Positions 12,075 to 26,192 of a stretch of DNA of 64,000 nucleotides are shown here, in pieces; the first letter of the stretch is position 1; every line of letters starts with the position of its first letter. A program made the position numbers and the translations under genes. The notes under the pieces were generated by a model. That model ran no database searches. It was not told where the DNA came from and saw nothing but the letters and a program-made list of their open reading frames with translations. Where the stretch lies: the NCBI RefSeq assembly GCF_036321535.1, contig NC_087437.1, positions 85,810,001-85,874,000 on the forward strand, read 5' to 3'. The DNA is from Camelus dromedarius. Taxonomy: Eukaryota.

Positions 12075-13650
12075 ATCCTTTCAACAAATATTGATGAAGT
12101 ACCTGTTATTTACCAAGCACTCTGCCAGGATACATGCATTAGCAAAACAATGTCCTTGTCCTAATGGAGTTTACAGACTAGTTTAGAATTCAGATGTTGG
12201 CCATAATCCATGAAAAACAATGCTGCAAAGGAAAAAGAAGAAAAAAATAAAAAAGGAACTTTGTAATATGAGTGTCAAGGAAGGCTTCCTATAGAAGTGA
12301 CCTTTCATATGGGGTCTGATGGATGAATAAGCATGCCCTAACCTCAGTAGATGAGGCATTGACTAGTGTTCTAGGCCAGAAAAAAGTATGAAAGTTAAAT
12401 ATGTGGGAGAGAGCACAGAACACTCTCAAGGAATTAAAGGAGACAGTCTGACGTATAGAGGACTCAATGGTTTAAGACAGGCGAATAGAAATAGGGGCCA
12501 GACCTCACATAGCTGATATATCTATAAGGATTTAATTTTTGTTTCGTAAGAAATGTGTGGCATTGAAATTTTAGGCAAAGAATGAACAAATTTTGGATTA
12601 AAAATGCAATGTTACTGGCTATGTTACAGAAAATAGATTGTAAACAAGTAAATAATTTAAGAGGCTACTGTAATAGTCCGTGTAATTCATGGTGGTGGCT
12701 TTTAATGTGTGTTATTGAAGGATATGGAAATCAATAGATTCAAAATGTTTATAAGAGGTATAATTCTCTGTATTTCATGCTAAGTTGGATATGACAAGTA
12801 GGAAAGAATGGTGTGAAAGTGTTTGAGCTTAACAGCTGTAAACATAAATCTGGCTGTTGATTGAGATAAGAATCTCCAGAGGAAGACCAGGTTTGATGTA
12901 GGAATACTTTATACGCCATCACCCTGTATTTGTAGTGCCTTTGGGCCATCCAATTAGGGATATAAAATCAGAAATTGAATATGTAAAAGTCAAAAACTCA
13001 GAGGAGTGGTCAGAGCTGGGCATAAATATTCAGGAGCCATTGTACTGGTGGTAACTGAAGCTATGGTAAGGAAGAGAGTACTTCAGAGGAGACAAAATGA
13101 GAAGAGAAGGGGACCTTGGGTACCCTGACATTCAAAGACTAGATGAAACAACATGAACCAGAAAAGAGACCGGCAAAGTGAGGCCATTTGGAGCAAACCC
13201 AGAAAAATGACATAAAATTAAAAAGAAGAGAGAATTTCAATAAAAAGAATGTGCTCAGCCCTGCCAAATGCTGCTGAGAGATTAACTACTCATTGGCTGT
13301 CGCTATATGGAAGTCATTGGTCACCTCAGCGAGAGGTCTGCTAGAGAGGGTGGGAGGTGGTCATGTGAAATCTAGATCAGAGTGAGCTGAAGAACACATC
13401 TGTGATTAAGAGTTGAAGACAGAATACCCAGACAACTCCTGAGAAATGCAGATGGGGAAAGGAAACAGTGAAGTGTGCAATAGTGAGAGGAAACATGGGG
13501 AGGAAGGGGTGGTGGGTATGTCTGTGCATGTAAGAAGGTGTGTGCTTGGAGATGAGAAAAGCTAGAGCATGCTTGGATGCTTGATGACAAGGACCCGGGA
13601 GGGAGAAACATGCTCATGAGAGAAAAATGAGAGGAGTAACTCCAGAGTGA
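12075..13650 (-). mobile_element. Long degenerate L2 relic
   Basis: ttcaacaaatattgatgaagtacctg...ccaagcactctg (L2 3' end, reverse), followed by purine-rich L2-like sequence (ggaaggcttcc, gaggctactgtaatagtcc, gccaaatgctgctgagag). Confidence 0.7.
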
Positions 13651-16424
13651 GGATCCAGAAAAAGCAAACAGGGACCAAAAACGGTGTAGGAAAATGGCTG
13701 GCATAGTTTACTCACAGAGGCCAGTTCATACCTTCAGACAATGTCTGTTTCCATTCCTCTACCCCTTTCTGCCTTCCAAACGCCTTAGAATCAAATCAGA
13801 AAACTAATGTATTTAAATTGCTATGAGGAAATTTACATCTCCATTGTGACAGGAAGAGATTTAGTCCATGAATAATAGAAATAAATATATTCAATTGTGA
13901 ATATGTCTTTCATAAAACAATGTAATGATTCAAGGTATTTAATGAAGACATACTGTGTTGCAGTTAAAATGAAAGTAAAATTTTTGGAAAATTCTTGGAG
14001 ATTTCTACAAGTTTGTATTTCTCATTAAATCATAACCTGATTAATCATTTATTTTTATTAAAAATGTTTTAAATCCAAGGTACTGTTTATTCATAGGCAA
14101 ATAATGCCAATTTCCTTATTACTTAAACTACATGAGAACACCAAATTGAGTTATTTTTCCTTTTATTTCATAGCTGTACAAAGAAGACAGACTAAAATTG
14201 CTTCTAATCCAGCAACAAAGGAACTATAGCTACATGAAACATCATAGATGAATCCTAAAAACTGCATGTAAGTAAAAAAGAGTTAGATTCAAAGAGCTCT
14301 ATATTTTGATGTGAGTGTTAGTTACACAGCATATGTTTTTCTCATCAAGCTATACAGTTAAAATCATTGCATTTTATTGTATGTAAATTATACTTCAATA
14401 AAACTGCATTTGAGCATTGTCATTAAAATTCAATAAGAAAGGGAATTTACTAATTTTAATCAATACTTTCTTTTTGTTCTTATTACTTTCCCAAAAAGAC
14501 CAGCTCCCTTTCAGAATTGAGGGGTGTTTGTTTGTTTGTTTGTTTGTTTGTTTTTGTTGGCATCTACTCTTCACCAGCCTGTATTATCTGGAGTCACACT
14601 TCTATTGACAGTATCAAGCCACAAAGAGTCCCCCGGTATATCTGAGCATCAAGCAAGAGACACTCTGTTTTGTCATCTGCAAACAAATAACTCAGCCTCG
14701 TTTCCTCTCCCTCAGTCTCCACACTCTCCCACCATTCATGACCAGCCTGGTAGCTTTGGAACCACTGCCTCCCCTCAAGAAGAGTCCGAATCTCCACTAA
14801 ACTGGCTTATTTGCAGGGAAGTAAAAGAGCACTGCCTTTACTCTTGCCATATTTCCCCAGCCATGGAGCAGGCTCCACCTTTCAATTCCACATCATAGCT
14901 GGGATGACTCTGCACTACTGCTCCCAGAGCCTAGGAACCTCCCGATCAGCCTTTCCTTGCCAGACCTAGCCTTCTGAACACAGGGAATGCTCCAAGTGTG
15001 CTAATACTAGTCTTTCTCTTCAGCCATCTCTTCCTAGTCAAGGGTAAGCCTCACCCCAGTTTGATTTTCTGTGGGAATACTTGTTTGCCTTTGGGAAGAG
15101 CTGAAATCCCCTAAAAACAGTTGTGTACTCACCCATGGATCCAAATGGAAAGATTACATCAGAACTGAACAGTCCAACTGCAATACAATCTCTGTTATCC
15201 AGGCATGAGTCTCTACATACTAACTGGTGTTGAGCTGTGTCTAGAATAACGAATCTTTCTTAACTACCTCTTCAGCAAGAGGCGATGATTCAAACAAGCA
15301 CCTTCCAACTTTCATAACTGTCTCACTGCCTCATCTCAGCACGCACACATACAACAATAGAACAAGCGGAGTTTATAAGGGCAGTGCATTATAATTCACA
15401 CAAAGAAGGAACAACTTCTTCCTTTCCACACTATCAGATGAGAAAACTGATTTCTCAATCTAAAACACAATTTTCCATGATATCACTATTTCTTCAATAA
15501 TCCTGGGGGTATTATTTGCCTTATGAGTGTAGATAGGTCCCCTTATAACACACTTTCCCCTGTACATTCAATTCACCAAAAGATAACTTATTCCAAGGGC
15601 AAAATTCAAAATTCTATTTCTTGGAGAGACAAAGTTTCTTTAAATACTTAAATCATACTTTTTTTTTAAACTAGTTTCTGTCTCTAAATATTTTAAAAAT
15701 TCTTAGGGATGAATTTCAGATCAAGAATATTGTTGTCAAGACAAAAACTCACGCTGGTATGCTTTTCATAACTGATTCAAACCATATCTGAACTAATGAG
15801 GAACTTATTCGTGAGCTCCCTACCTTCCAAAATGATGCCAATATGCCAATAGAAGATTCATTTAGTAAGTGAATACACTAATCATTAGATTTTGAAGTGG
15901 AAAAACAGAAGAAGACAAACAGAAGCCTTGAACTGCAAAGGAGAAAGAAAGAAAATCACACACACACACACAAAAAGAGGAAAAAAGGAACTGGTGAAGA
16001 AAAAGGAAAATGAAAAAGTGAAGACTAAGAAGAAAAAGGGGAAAGAGTAGGAAGATGATCATGATTGACATATATTTAAATTTGTATCACACTGGCCAAT
16101 ACACTTCACATAGCATCTGCACACCATTGTGATTTTCAATGAATGGTTCTAAACCTATGCTCTGAATTTTGCTTTCCTCAATTTTATTTAACAAACTAAG
16201 CAACAAAACATGTATTTTTAAAAATGTGCTTTTCTCAGATTTAGCCTTTATACATTGGTTACAGGCTCCCTAACGCTGTCCCAGCACAAAGTCTAGGATA
16301 AGGACTATAAATCCACAGCTACACCTTGTTCTTCATAGCCCTGATTTCATCAATGAAAAGAGATACAGCTTGATTCCCATTAAAGAATAGGAGAATAATA
16401 ATAAGGATGTTAATGACAATAATG

Positions 16425-16635
16425 ATGACGTAATAATTAACACATCTGCATCAGATATTGAGTCAAGCACTTTATGTAACTTATCTTTAATGATCTTACC
16501 AACAATGCTGTCGAGTTGATATTACAGTTGAGAAAACTTAGACTCACAGAGACTAAGCAACTTGACCAAAATTCTAGACCAGACATCAGAATCCAGTCTG
16601 TCTGATGGTCGAGTCAGCACATTTTCCACTACACC
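16425..16635 (-). mobile_element. MIR SINE relic
   Basis: Core motif acagttgagaaaacttagactcacagagactaagcaacttgaccaa. Confidence 0.75.
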
Positions 16636-19600
16636 TTTGGAGATTTTCAGAAGACTCTTAACCATCTCTTTCCTGTCCCATCAGGGATATTCACATTACT
16701 ACCAGTGTTCTCCTTAATTTTCATTTTCCCTGTTTTATAAATTCTTCCTATCACTCATGCTGAAAATCTAAAATGTCCTCCGGTTTGCCAATTACATCAG
16801 TTCCTGTCTTAAGCTAGGGTGAGTCTGGAAGCAGTCATGAGCATGGGTTTGACTCAGTTTGTACAAAATAATTCTACAATACACTGTAAGTGGCCATGTT
16901 TGGAAGCTTTCCCTCCATTTATTGTGGGCCACGATATCATGTCGAAATTGCCAGTCACGTTATTGATAAGACACTCCTCTTTGCAAAAATTCCCTAAATG
17001 CTTTCTTAGTGGACTACATTCTGCTTGAACACATGATTTCTTTAAGGTTCTCAGCAGGATTTCAAAGATAGGATCAGACAGTCTTCCATGGGACAGAAAA
17101 CTGTGGTTTTATGAAGCCAGTTTCTACAGGGTTACACAGACAGAGACACAGATAGAGGCAGGACTGGAGATGTCAAGGGTCATTTCCGAGGGAAAAAAAA
17201 AGAAAAATCATCTCTGAATCATACACTTGCGTGGCCAGACAAATTTCTATTCAAAAATCAAAGAAATTAATTTGAAGCTCTTGGAAGAAATCCTTTGAAA
17301 GCTGTTCAGCTAATTTCCCAAGATAATAGCAGGCATTGTATCATGTTTGTTTGGTCCTTAACACACAAAACCACAAAACTTGTTTTTTTTTTTTTTCCAA
17401 AAAAGATGGTTAAATGAAAAGTTACTGCCTTATTTTGCTGAAAGAGAAAAAAGGATACAGGTTTTTTAATTTTCTTTCAAGAACTGAAAACTATTTCAAA
17501 ATACGGAATACTCCAAGTATAATAGGAAGGAAATGAACAGAGGGCTTAAACTGCTATCTCTTTTTGTTTTGACACAACCACAATTGAACATGGCATTCAG
17601 TATATCTTACAATGGTGAAACAGAAGAATACAGTTGTAATGAACAGTGCTTAACACAGTCTGTCTCATTTTTCAAGACAGAAATGTCCTGTAGAATGAGT
17701 TTAAAGAAATGAAATTTTGTAAAAAGGAGATGGAAGGGAAAAATTGGGCATAAACTGTGACCTGTCTAAGTTTCTGAAGCTGTAAAACAGATAAAAGAGA
17801 AAGAAAACAAAAGTAAACAAATAAATCTATAGAAAAGTGGTTGGTAAGCACTCTTTAGAGAGAAAATATTTGAACAAGAGCTACATTAGCAATTGCCTGG
17901 ATCCTGATTACTTGCAACAAGGTTTAGAAATGAAGGAAGGAGAAAAGATTTTAAAAATAATAATTATAAGGGAGGAAAACTGAAGGAAGAGTAAAGAAAA
18001 AATAAGTTGCAGGAAACATAAGGAGAAGTTTTGACTTTTTTTTAAAGAAAAAAGCATGCATATGGGGAGAAATACAGATAGCATATATCATCATATATCA
18101 TCGCTTGCCTAAAAATACATCAGCTAACATTAAAACAAGTTTGCACAGCTTTATACTAACAGCACAGATAATTCCTAATTGTGCCCCCAAAACCAGTCAT
18201 TCTGGCAAACACTCATGTCAAATGTCTACTCTTGGGTGAGTCCATAAACAATTTTAAACAATGGTGTTACAGGTTATAGTTAATGGAGTGGGGGCTTTCA
18301 AATCTCTTCTCATGAGCCATTTGACTCTTTGACAAATTTAATCAATGGACAGTCCTAAGAATTAAGAAATTTTAGATCTGGAAACAAACTCAGGGTTCAT
18401 TTTGTCATAGAATCACACAAAATTAGAATTAAAAAGAAAGGGCATCTCATGTGTACTCCCTCATCAGGATGGATTTCTCTATGTTAATGTCTCTATTAGA
18501 CGATTATCAAGCCTATGTTTGAGCACTCATTTATTTTCAACTTCTTTACTTTATAGGTAACAAAGATAAAACCCAAGGAAGATCAATGTTTTGCTTTGCT
18601 TTGTTTTCCAACGAGTGCTCATTTATATATAAAACAAATTCTTAGAGTCAGATATTGAACTTCGAGCAGCATTAGAGAGGCTGACCCATTGCAGGACTTA
18701 ACTTTATTAATTTACATTGTAATTTCCCAAGACTGTTGAAGTTTTGTTCTTGTTTTAATTAATGTGAGGGGTAGAGAGGGTGGCAGGAGGTGGGAGTAGA
18801 AGTTGCAAGACTAGTTTTCTTCAGAACATATTTTGAGAACATTGACTTAAGTGCCTTTTCCAAGCTTATACTGTGTATAACTGAAATCTCAAAACTCTCA
18901 AGTATTAATTTTAAGCCCATGTGTTGTGTGCTTTCGTTAGACATGAAAATTAGCTTTTGATCATTTTCTATGTAAAAGATTTTAGAATTTTCATGTGCTC
19001 AGTCAGTTTCCTTCTATGACTCCTCAGGGTTCTTTCCTTATGGATGGATAAGCTGCAAATGTTGGTTTGACGAAAATAACACAGTGGGCTGGGGGATTGT
19101 TTATATGGCTCTCAGTCTCCAATGATCTCTCTACAATGGTCTAAACTTGACTAATCAGAGGTTGACTTAATGCATTTGAAAATAGAATTTGTGTCCAGAA
19201 AGCGTTAGCTCACATGTCATCCATGCCTGTTTTCCAACTGACAAATATTCCTCCAAGGAAATAAAAGTTGTGTTAGGAGAGATCTGAGTAAATTGTCAAA
19301 ATAGGGTTTCATGGGTATCTAGAAAAAAGCATAGCTAGACCCTTGACAATGAAGGGAGAACCAAGAAACTGGAAAGAATCCAAAGAAGATATCAACTTAA
19401 ATTCTGCCTAGATCAATACTATGACATAATATGCTAATCCATTAATGAGCATTCTGCTCTTCTAGAAATATCTCCAGTGTGTTCAGTATGTATCTCTGGT
19501 TGAAGGGTCCAAAATCTGACACAGTACTATACTAGGGTTTTTATTTAAAATAAATGTTTTCTATTTTTTCACAAGCATTTGTCATTTTGCTATTCTAGAA

Positions 19601-21699
19601 AGAAAAAAAATCTCTCTAAAATACACTTTGACGCTGAAAGATAATTAAGAAAAAAGTGTATCCAGCATTAGAAAACTAAAATGAGCCTCTTACTCAACTC
19701 CACATAACCAGAAAACAACTTCCTTAATTTTTCGTGGTCTTATTCACTAATAAATTATTTGATGTTCCTTTTTCTTTGACAATTGCCCATAACAGCAGTC
19801 ATAGAAAAGAATAATTTCCTCAGAAACCAAAAGCTATTTCATTATTTATAAATGAGAACTGGTGAACAAAGAAGAGTATAAATCAAAGATCAGAAGTCTT
19901 AATATAAGAAACTGTGGTAGAATACAAATAATGATAGAATATTCCATTTCAACTGAAATAATCATGAAAAGTGGCATCCTTCACAATGCAGAAGACATCA
20001 AAAAAATTCCCGAGGAAGAAGCTCACTTGATTTGTACGACTCTGATTCTATTATAGAGTCCTGGTTCCAACAGTATCGTCTACTGCTGGCCATTTCTTGC
20101 TTTGAATCATTATTGCCCTAGAAATAAAAATAATGGCATTGAATAACTTGCTTATTCAGCAACTCAAAATATTGAAAACAATTTGGCTAATTCATATGGT
20201 GCCTGACTGTTTCACATACATCTTCCCTAATCTCTTCTGTAGCTCAGTATTCACTGATTAAGTATGTGTTCTCATAGAGGCCCGGCCAGTAGTCTACAAC
20301 AGCCTAACTGTGCTTGAAAGCTGCCCTAAGAGTTCTGAGTAAAGAGAAAATGCTGCTCTAATTTCACTTATAATAAGAAGAGCTGACATGTGACAACAGC
20401 CAGAGGATATCTTGCACTGACATGAAGTACTTTATTTCAGGATTTAATTTTGACCTCAAAAACATGCAGTTGCCTGGTTTTTTCCAAGTGTCTTAGAAAA
20501 GGACTCACTTCATGTGTCAGTAAACTGATTTCACAAGATACATGGTGACATTCAGGTCCCTGGGTAAATGCAAGAACTTATCTTAATACCAGGGACAGCA
20601 CTGAGAGCCAGCCTTGTAAGCTGGACTGTACTTGTCATTCCTTGTCATTACTACTACAGGATTTATGGCTCCTGTAGAATACACGAGAAGAATCAAGGCA
20701 ATTCTGAGCCAGCAGTCTAAGGACATCACACAGATGGCATCTCTTCTATCATAATCAAGCAGAACGGACATCACAAGAGAAAGGAGAAATTAGTATTTTT
20801 TGTATATTCTCTCTTGCATTTGTGTTCGTATTCCTATGTTATTCACATCACCAGTTGGGAATAAGGAAATTGTTATTACAGATGCATTACGGATAACAAG
20901 TAGAGACAGGTTTTTTTCTTTACAAGTCAAACATTTCAGATGTTTTCCTCTGGCAGACTTTTTTTTTTTTCATTTCCCTGGTAAGTGTTTATTCCTTGTT
21001 TGAAGATGGAGACAGACATTAACATTACTCTTTTACGACCATGGCTCTGCTTTTGACTAGTTTTACGTCCAAAAAAGAAAAAAAAAAAGGAAAGAAAGAA
21101 AAAAGAAAAACCCAAAACAAAAAACTTCAGCAGCAAAATTAAATAATATAAAACAAAGTTATGTTTACAAATAGTTTAGAGAAAATATTGCCAATGTGGA
21201 AGGGAAAAGAGGAAGCAATTGTAAGAACACAGAGATTATATCTAAAAACACCATAAGAAATTTAAGTTCAGTTGATATCAGTAAGCTATTTTCCACATCT
21301 CTCTTGTTCTGTGCTTTGGCGTGTCTCCCTCCAGGCGCAATCCTTTGCTCATACTTGGTTCTCCACATTTCTTCCAGTAAAATCTGAAAATCACAACTAA
21401 AGAATCAGAATCTGTCTTGTCCAAGCTTGTGAGTAGGTCATATATGGTAGTGAAGTTCTCTCTTTCACAAAGTGTTTCATGGAGACTTAATACTATGAGA
21501 TGTTAATATCTTTTAGCCAGAGCAAGAAGCATCTGCAGCCATCCTATCTAGGATAAAAATAACATGGTAAGAAAGGAATCTGATAGAATTAGAAGTCATG
21601 TTGAGTTCAAAGTAATAATGGGAATATCAAATAGATATATGAACTTCGCTAGACATTCATATTTTAAAGACATCTACAAAAGATGGAAACTGAATAGAA

Positions 21700-22125
21700 G
21701 AAGTTTGAATTGGTTTGAGTTCCAGCAGAAGTGGATCTTGAGACAGTTCTATGCAAGTAGTTTTATTAGGAAGACATCCCAGGGAGGGAAAGACAATCAA
21801 GATAGCATTACCCTGGGATTTACCCCTGAGGAACATGGGGTACTATTTTAGGACATAGACCTCAAAATCATCCCGTAAAACAGTTGAGGGAGATGTGGAA
21901 TTAATGCACCAACTACTGTCAGTTACTGGTTAAACTGTTACCAATTATTCCTCCTGCAGCTAGGGGAAATAATTTCTTGGCACTACTGGTTCAAACAGAA
22001 AGGGATCCCATGGCCACAGATAATCCCCAGACAGAGAGATGAAGAAACTAGCAGCTGGAGATTAGGGCAGGGTGCAATGAAATGGTATGGTTTTAAGACA
22101 TATGGACAAGACAATGATAGCTTGT
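21700..22125 (-). mobile_element. Old ERVL-class LTR relic (LTR16/LTR33-like)
   Basis: ttccagcagaagtggatcttgagacag...gcaagtagttttattagg resembles the reverse U5 end of these LTRs. Confidence 0.5.
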
Positions 22126-22135
22126 GCCAGAGAGG

Positions 22136-22339
22136 CAGTGGTGTGCTGAAGCCGGCTTGCATTGACTAGAGATCTAATTGTACATATCCTTGCCTAAGTT
22201 CTGATTCGGTGACTGCACGTGGGTAACTTGAAATCATCTGTGGTGGAGGAATTACACCATGGAAATCACCAAATGCTGCAAATCAGTCTTTTTTTTTCTT
22301 TTGATAGCTGGTTGTTAAACATGTATGAGCACACCACTG
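22136..22339. mobile_element. Non-autonomous hAT DNA transposon (MER63-like)
   Basis: Terminal inverted repeats cagtggtgtgct (22136) and agcacaccactg (ending 22339); degenerate 8-bp flanks cagagagg / catagaat. Confidence 0.8.
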
Positions 22340-22837
22340 CATAGAATATTTATTGAGTACTGCAAGAGATAAGAACCATGTCAGATAATTTCTGTAAATT
22401 ATCTCATCTTTAATATTCCCACTAAGACTGCAGAAAAAATATAAAAATATGAGTTGCAATAAGCTTTGACACCAGTTTGGTGTTTTCTTTTCAAAACATC
22501 TCTGAACTTTTATAATTAAAATAAATAATGCCTAAAGCAGTCACAAAAATGAGGAATTAGATAACTTTGTTCTGGATGAAACACTGCTAAAGGCAGAATA
22601 TGAGGGCAGTGGAAGAGGAGAAATGGCCAAGAACAAAGGTGGGGAGATGGAAATGACGACAAGGCGGAGCACCTGGTCTCCTGGCACCTGTAAGTAGATG
22701 AGGAGATAATCCAATACTGGCCACGTCTAAGACACTGCTAGCCTCTTTGAGAAGTTCTAAACCAATCACAATGAAGCTGTATAACATCAACATGGTGGCT
22801 CAAATAGATGATCAAATATTAAAACATCATTTTCTTT

Positions 22838-23165
22838 GATTGGTGGTTGCCAGAGGCAGGGTGGAGGTGGGACTGAAATGGGTGGAAAGGTCAAAAGGTA
22901 CAAATTTCCAGTTATCAAATGAACACATCATGGAGATGTAATGTAAAACATGATGACTATACTGTACTGCATATCTGAGAGTTGTTAGGAGAGTAAATCT
23001 TACAAGTTCTCATCTCAAGAAAAAAACTCTTAACTATGTGTGATAATGCATATTAACTAGACTTACTGTGGTGATCATTTCACAATATACACAAATATTG
23101 AATCATTATGCTGCACACCTGAAACCAATAGAATGTTACATGTCAATTATACCTCAATTTTTTTA
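22838..23165 (+). mobile_element. Old L1M 3'-UTR fragment
   Basis: ggtggttgccagaggc...ggtacaaatttccagttat...tacaagttctcatc...tgtcaattatacctcaat. Confidence 0.85.
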
Positions 23166-24994
23166 AGTCACCTTTTTTACAATTCCACTAGTCTACATTT
23201 TTATCTACAAAATGATATCAGAACTTCTTTCTCTAAGTTTAAAAATGGCCAAAGTTCAGCATTTTATTTTTTTCTCAGCATTTGAGCAAGGTACATTTTT
23301 TAGTTTCTCTACAGATATTATTACCATAATTATCATTCTGATCTGCACACAATTACCACTAATCTGTTTCACCAATGAAAGCAACCACATTGTCTGTTAC
23401 ATTCCATGTCTCAGAATATAAGCTTTCTGCAAGCAATAAACCCTTTTATGCCAGATTCCATTTTTTAACCTAAGTTCTTGTAATCATTATACAACCATTT
23501 TAGCACTCAATTTTAATTAGACAGAATCTAATGTCATATCAAATTCCAAAATAGTCAATAAATGAAAAGCATTAGTAGAAACTGAACAGTTTCTAAAATA
23601 CCTTCAATAAATTTAAATAATTGTTAAATATCTGGTGTACTTTTCAAAATTTGGTTTGCATGATCTCACAAGTTATCTGAATCCACTGTGTACTACTTCA
23701 AAAAATATTCAAATGCTGAAACCACATTGTGTTTGATACAGAATTATTAAAAAGAAGACAATAGAAAATTGAAGTTACCTTCAAACAATACATGCAACAA
23801 TTAAAAGCTGAAACAAAAGAACTCACTAAAGTGTAAATTTGAATTCGGGGTTGACAGACATTGACATGGCAAACCCTACAAAATTCTGAAGGCAGAATTG
23901 TTACGGTAACAACAGCAGCAGCCGAGAAACTGGTGACAGAATGTGAAAACAGAACTCAGCTGGTGTTCCTACTGGCACACTAAAAGCATAAGAATCTGTG
24001 ACTTATTCCTGAGCAAAGATCCGGCGCTCTCCTTCCCTTGGGAGAAATACTTAGCCTAAGAAAGTCCTGGCTTCGTAATTTACTGCACTTAGGATTTAAC
24101 TCATCGCAGAAAAACCCATAAGGATCTCAGTTATTTATTTCACTTCGCCCCTGGAGATATCAAACATTGGGCAAAAATAAAAATAAATTGATAAAAATAA
24201 AATTTTTCTACTCTCAGTCAGCTAAATAGCTACCTACTTTAAATAAGATCACCATTAAACGCATTCAGTTTTCCATGATTCTTTGCATGTGAATTGTCTA
24301 GTGGTAGACATTTCACAGCTTTAGCTGAGATGAATTCAGTCCAAGACATGGAGCTCAATGCTGAAGAGGATAAAAAACTAAGTAAAAACCAATATTATAA
24401 ACCAATTTGATCTGAGGTAATTTTTGTGTTATATATGGATGGGGGAGGAGCTCATACAAACTATTAAAAATCACCGAAGGGATCTCAGGGTTTAATAATA
24501 CCTGAGGATCCAGTTGATAAGGTCTATCAAAACAGAAATTAATTTTGAAAGTTCACACTATAAACTATCAGTGTTCTTCAGACTGTATGTTGAGACATCA
24601 TCAGCTTACTTCAGAGTCTGCTTAAAATGTCTTTTTCTTTTCCATTTCAAACTTTATCCCTTTTAGTCGTTAAAAACATAATTATGAGCAAGTATATAAT
24701 TTTTTGCAATACTCCATATAGTGTTCTGCAACTTGGACTAGTCTTCTAATCAAACAACAAATTTCCTGTTAACAGTAAGCTTTACCTCTGCAGGTACAGT
24801 CTGAACCAAATGATTCTTCCAGAGGCCTTTAGTGACAGGAGAGCACTGAGAGCTCCCTGAAAATACAGGGAAACTAATTAGAATCTGATTCATATCCAGG
24901 CTTCCCCAGTCCTTCCTAACTCTCCTTTTATATTTCCCATTATAAAAAAATTTATTAAATTAAATTCATTTATAATTACTGGTTCTCCACTAAC

Positions 24995-25415
24995 TTTTTT
25001 TTTAATTGGAATATAGTCAGTTACAATGTGTCAATTTCTGGTGTACAGCATAGTGTCTCAGTCATGCATATATATATATATACACATACATTTTTTCATA
25101 CTCTTTTTATTAAAGGTTATTACAAGATATTGAATCTAGTTCCCTGTGTTCTACAGAAGTAATTTGTTTTTTATGTATTTTTATATATAGTGGTTAACAT
25201 TTGCAAATCTCAAACTCCCAAATTTATCCCTCCCCACTCCCTTTCCCCAGTAACCATAAGATTATTTACTATGTCTGCCAGTCTGTTCCTATTTCATAGA
25301 TGAGTTCATTAGTGTCCTCTTTTTTTCTTTCTTTCTTTTTAGATCCCACATGTAAGTGATATCATATGGTATCTTTCTGTCTCTTTCTGGCTTACTTCAC
25401 TTAGAATGACAATCT
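24995..25415 (-). mobile_element. 5'-truncated L1 3' end
   Basis: Poly-T start, L1 3' UTR, ends in the ORF2 terminus (ttctggcttacttcacttagaatgac). Confidence 0.9.
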
Positions 25416-26192
25416 TCTCTGCCATTTTTGATTGATTGCTTACTTTTAGTCAGCTTTACGAATCCCTTCTTTTCTCACTTAATTCTGATTGTTAGATTAT
25501 GTTTCAACTACCATGACCTTAAAGGAGAGAAAGAATAAAGGAAACAGGAGAAGAGACAGACAAAGACGTGGGGAATAAAATAGAAAAAGAATTGATGGAA
25601 AGAATGAGGCAGTTTTTTTTTTAATGAACAGTGGAGATGTATATAGACATGAAGAAAAAGGGAGAGAAGGGAGAAAGAGCAAGTAACTAGGGTCAGAGTA
25701 ATCAAGAGAGCAAAGCCTTCAGAAAGAAACAGTCCCTCCACGGATCATTAGGATTTTACTGCTAATGATATTTTACATTCTGAGACATGTTTACAACCAC
25801 TAGTACAGAGATCAGATAATGAAGCCCTGCCTTACCATTCCACAGTCCCCTCTAGTACTGAAATCTTTACACAGGGAAGTTTATCCTTGAAGATCATTTG
25901 ATCTTCATCTATGGATATAAAATCTCTAATTCTGCCCCTCATTTACATGGCATTCTAAGTTTCCAAAATTAATTCAAAATTTTTCAGTACGTGGGCCACG
26001 ATGCTGTTCCAAAGCTTCTTTTCCCATGTTTAGCAAATCAGTATGGCCTTCCAGAACCACTGATACAACAAATCTTAAGCTACATGCAACAACATACAAT
26101 GTTCAAGAGAAATAACGTAAAGTTTGATTTTATATATTTAACATCTCTATCAAAAGGAATTTTATTTTTGGCAGGGTATACTTTTTCTTAAG

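Noticed and set aside
14524..14898. 124-aa plus-strand ORF
   Set aside because: Begins at a non-ATG codon in a (TTTG)n repeat; no homology recognised.
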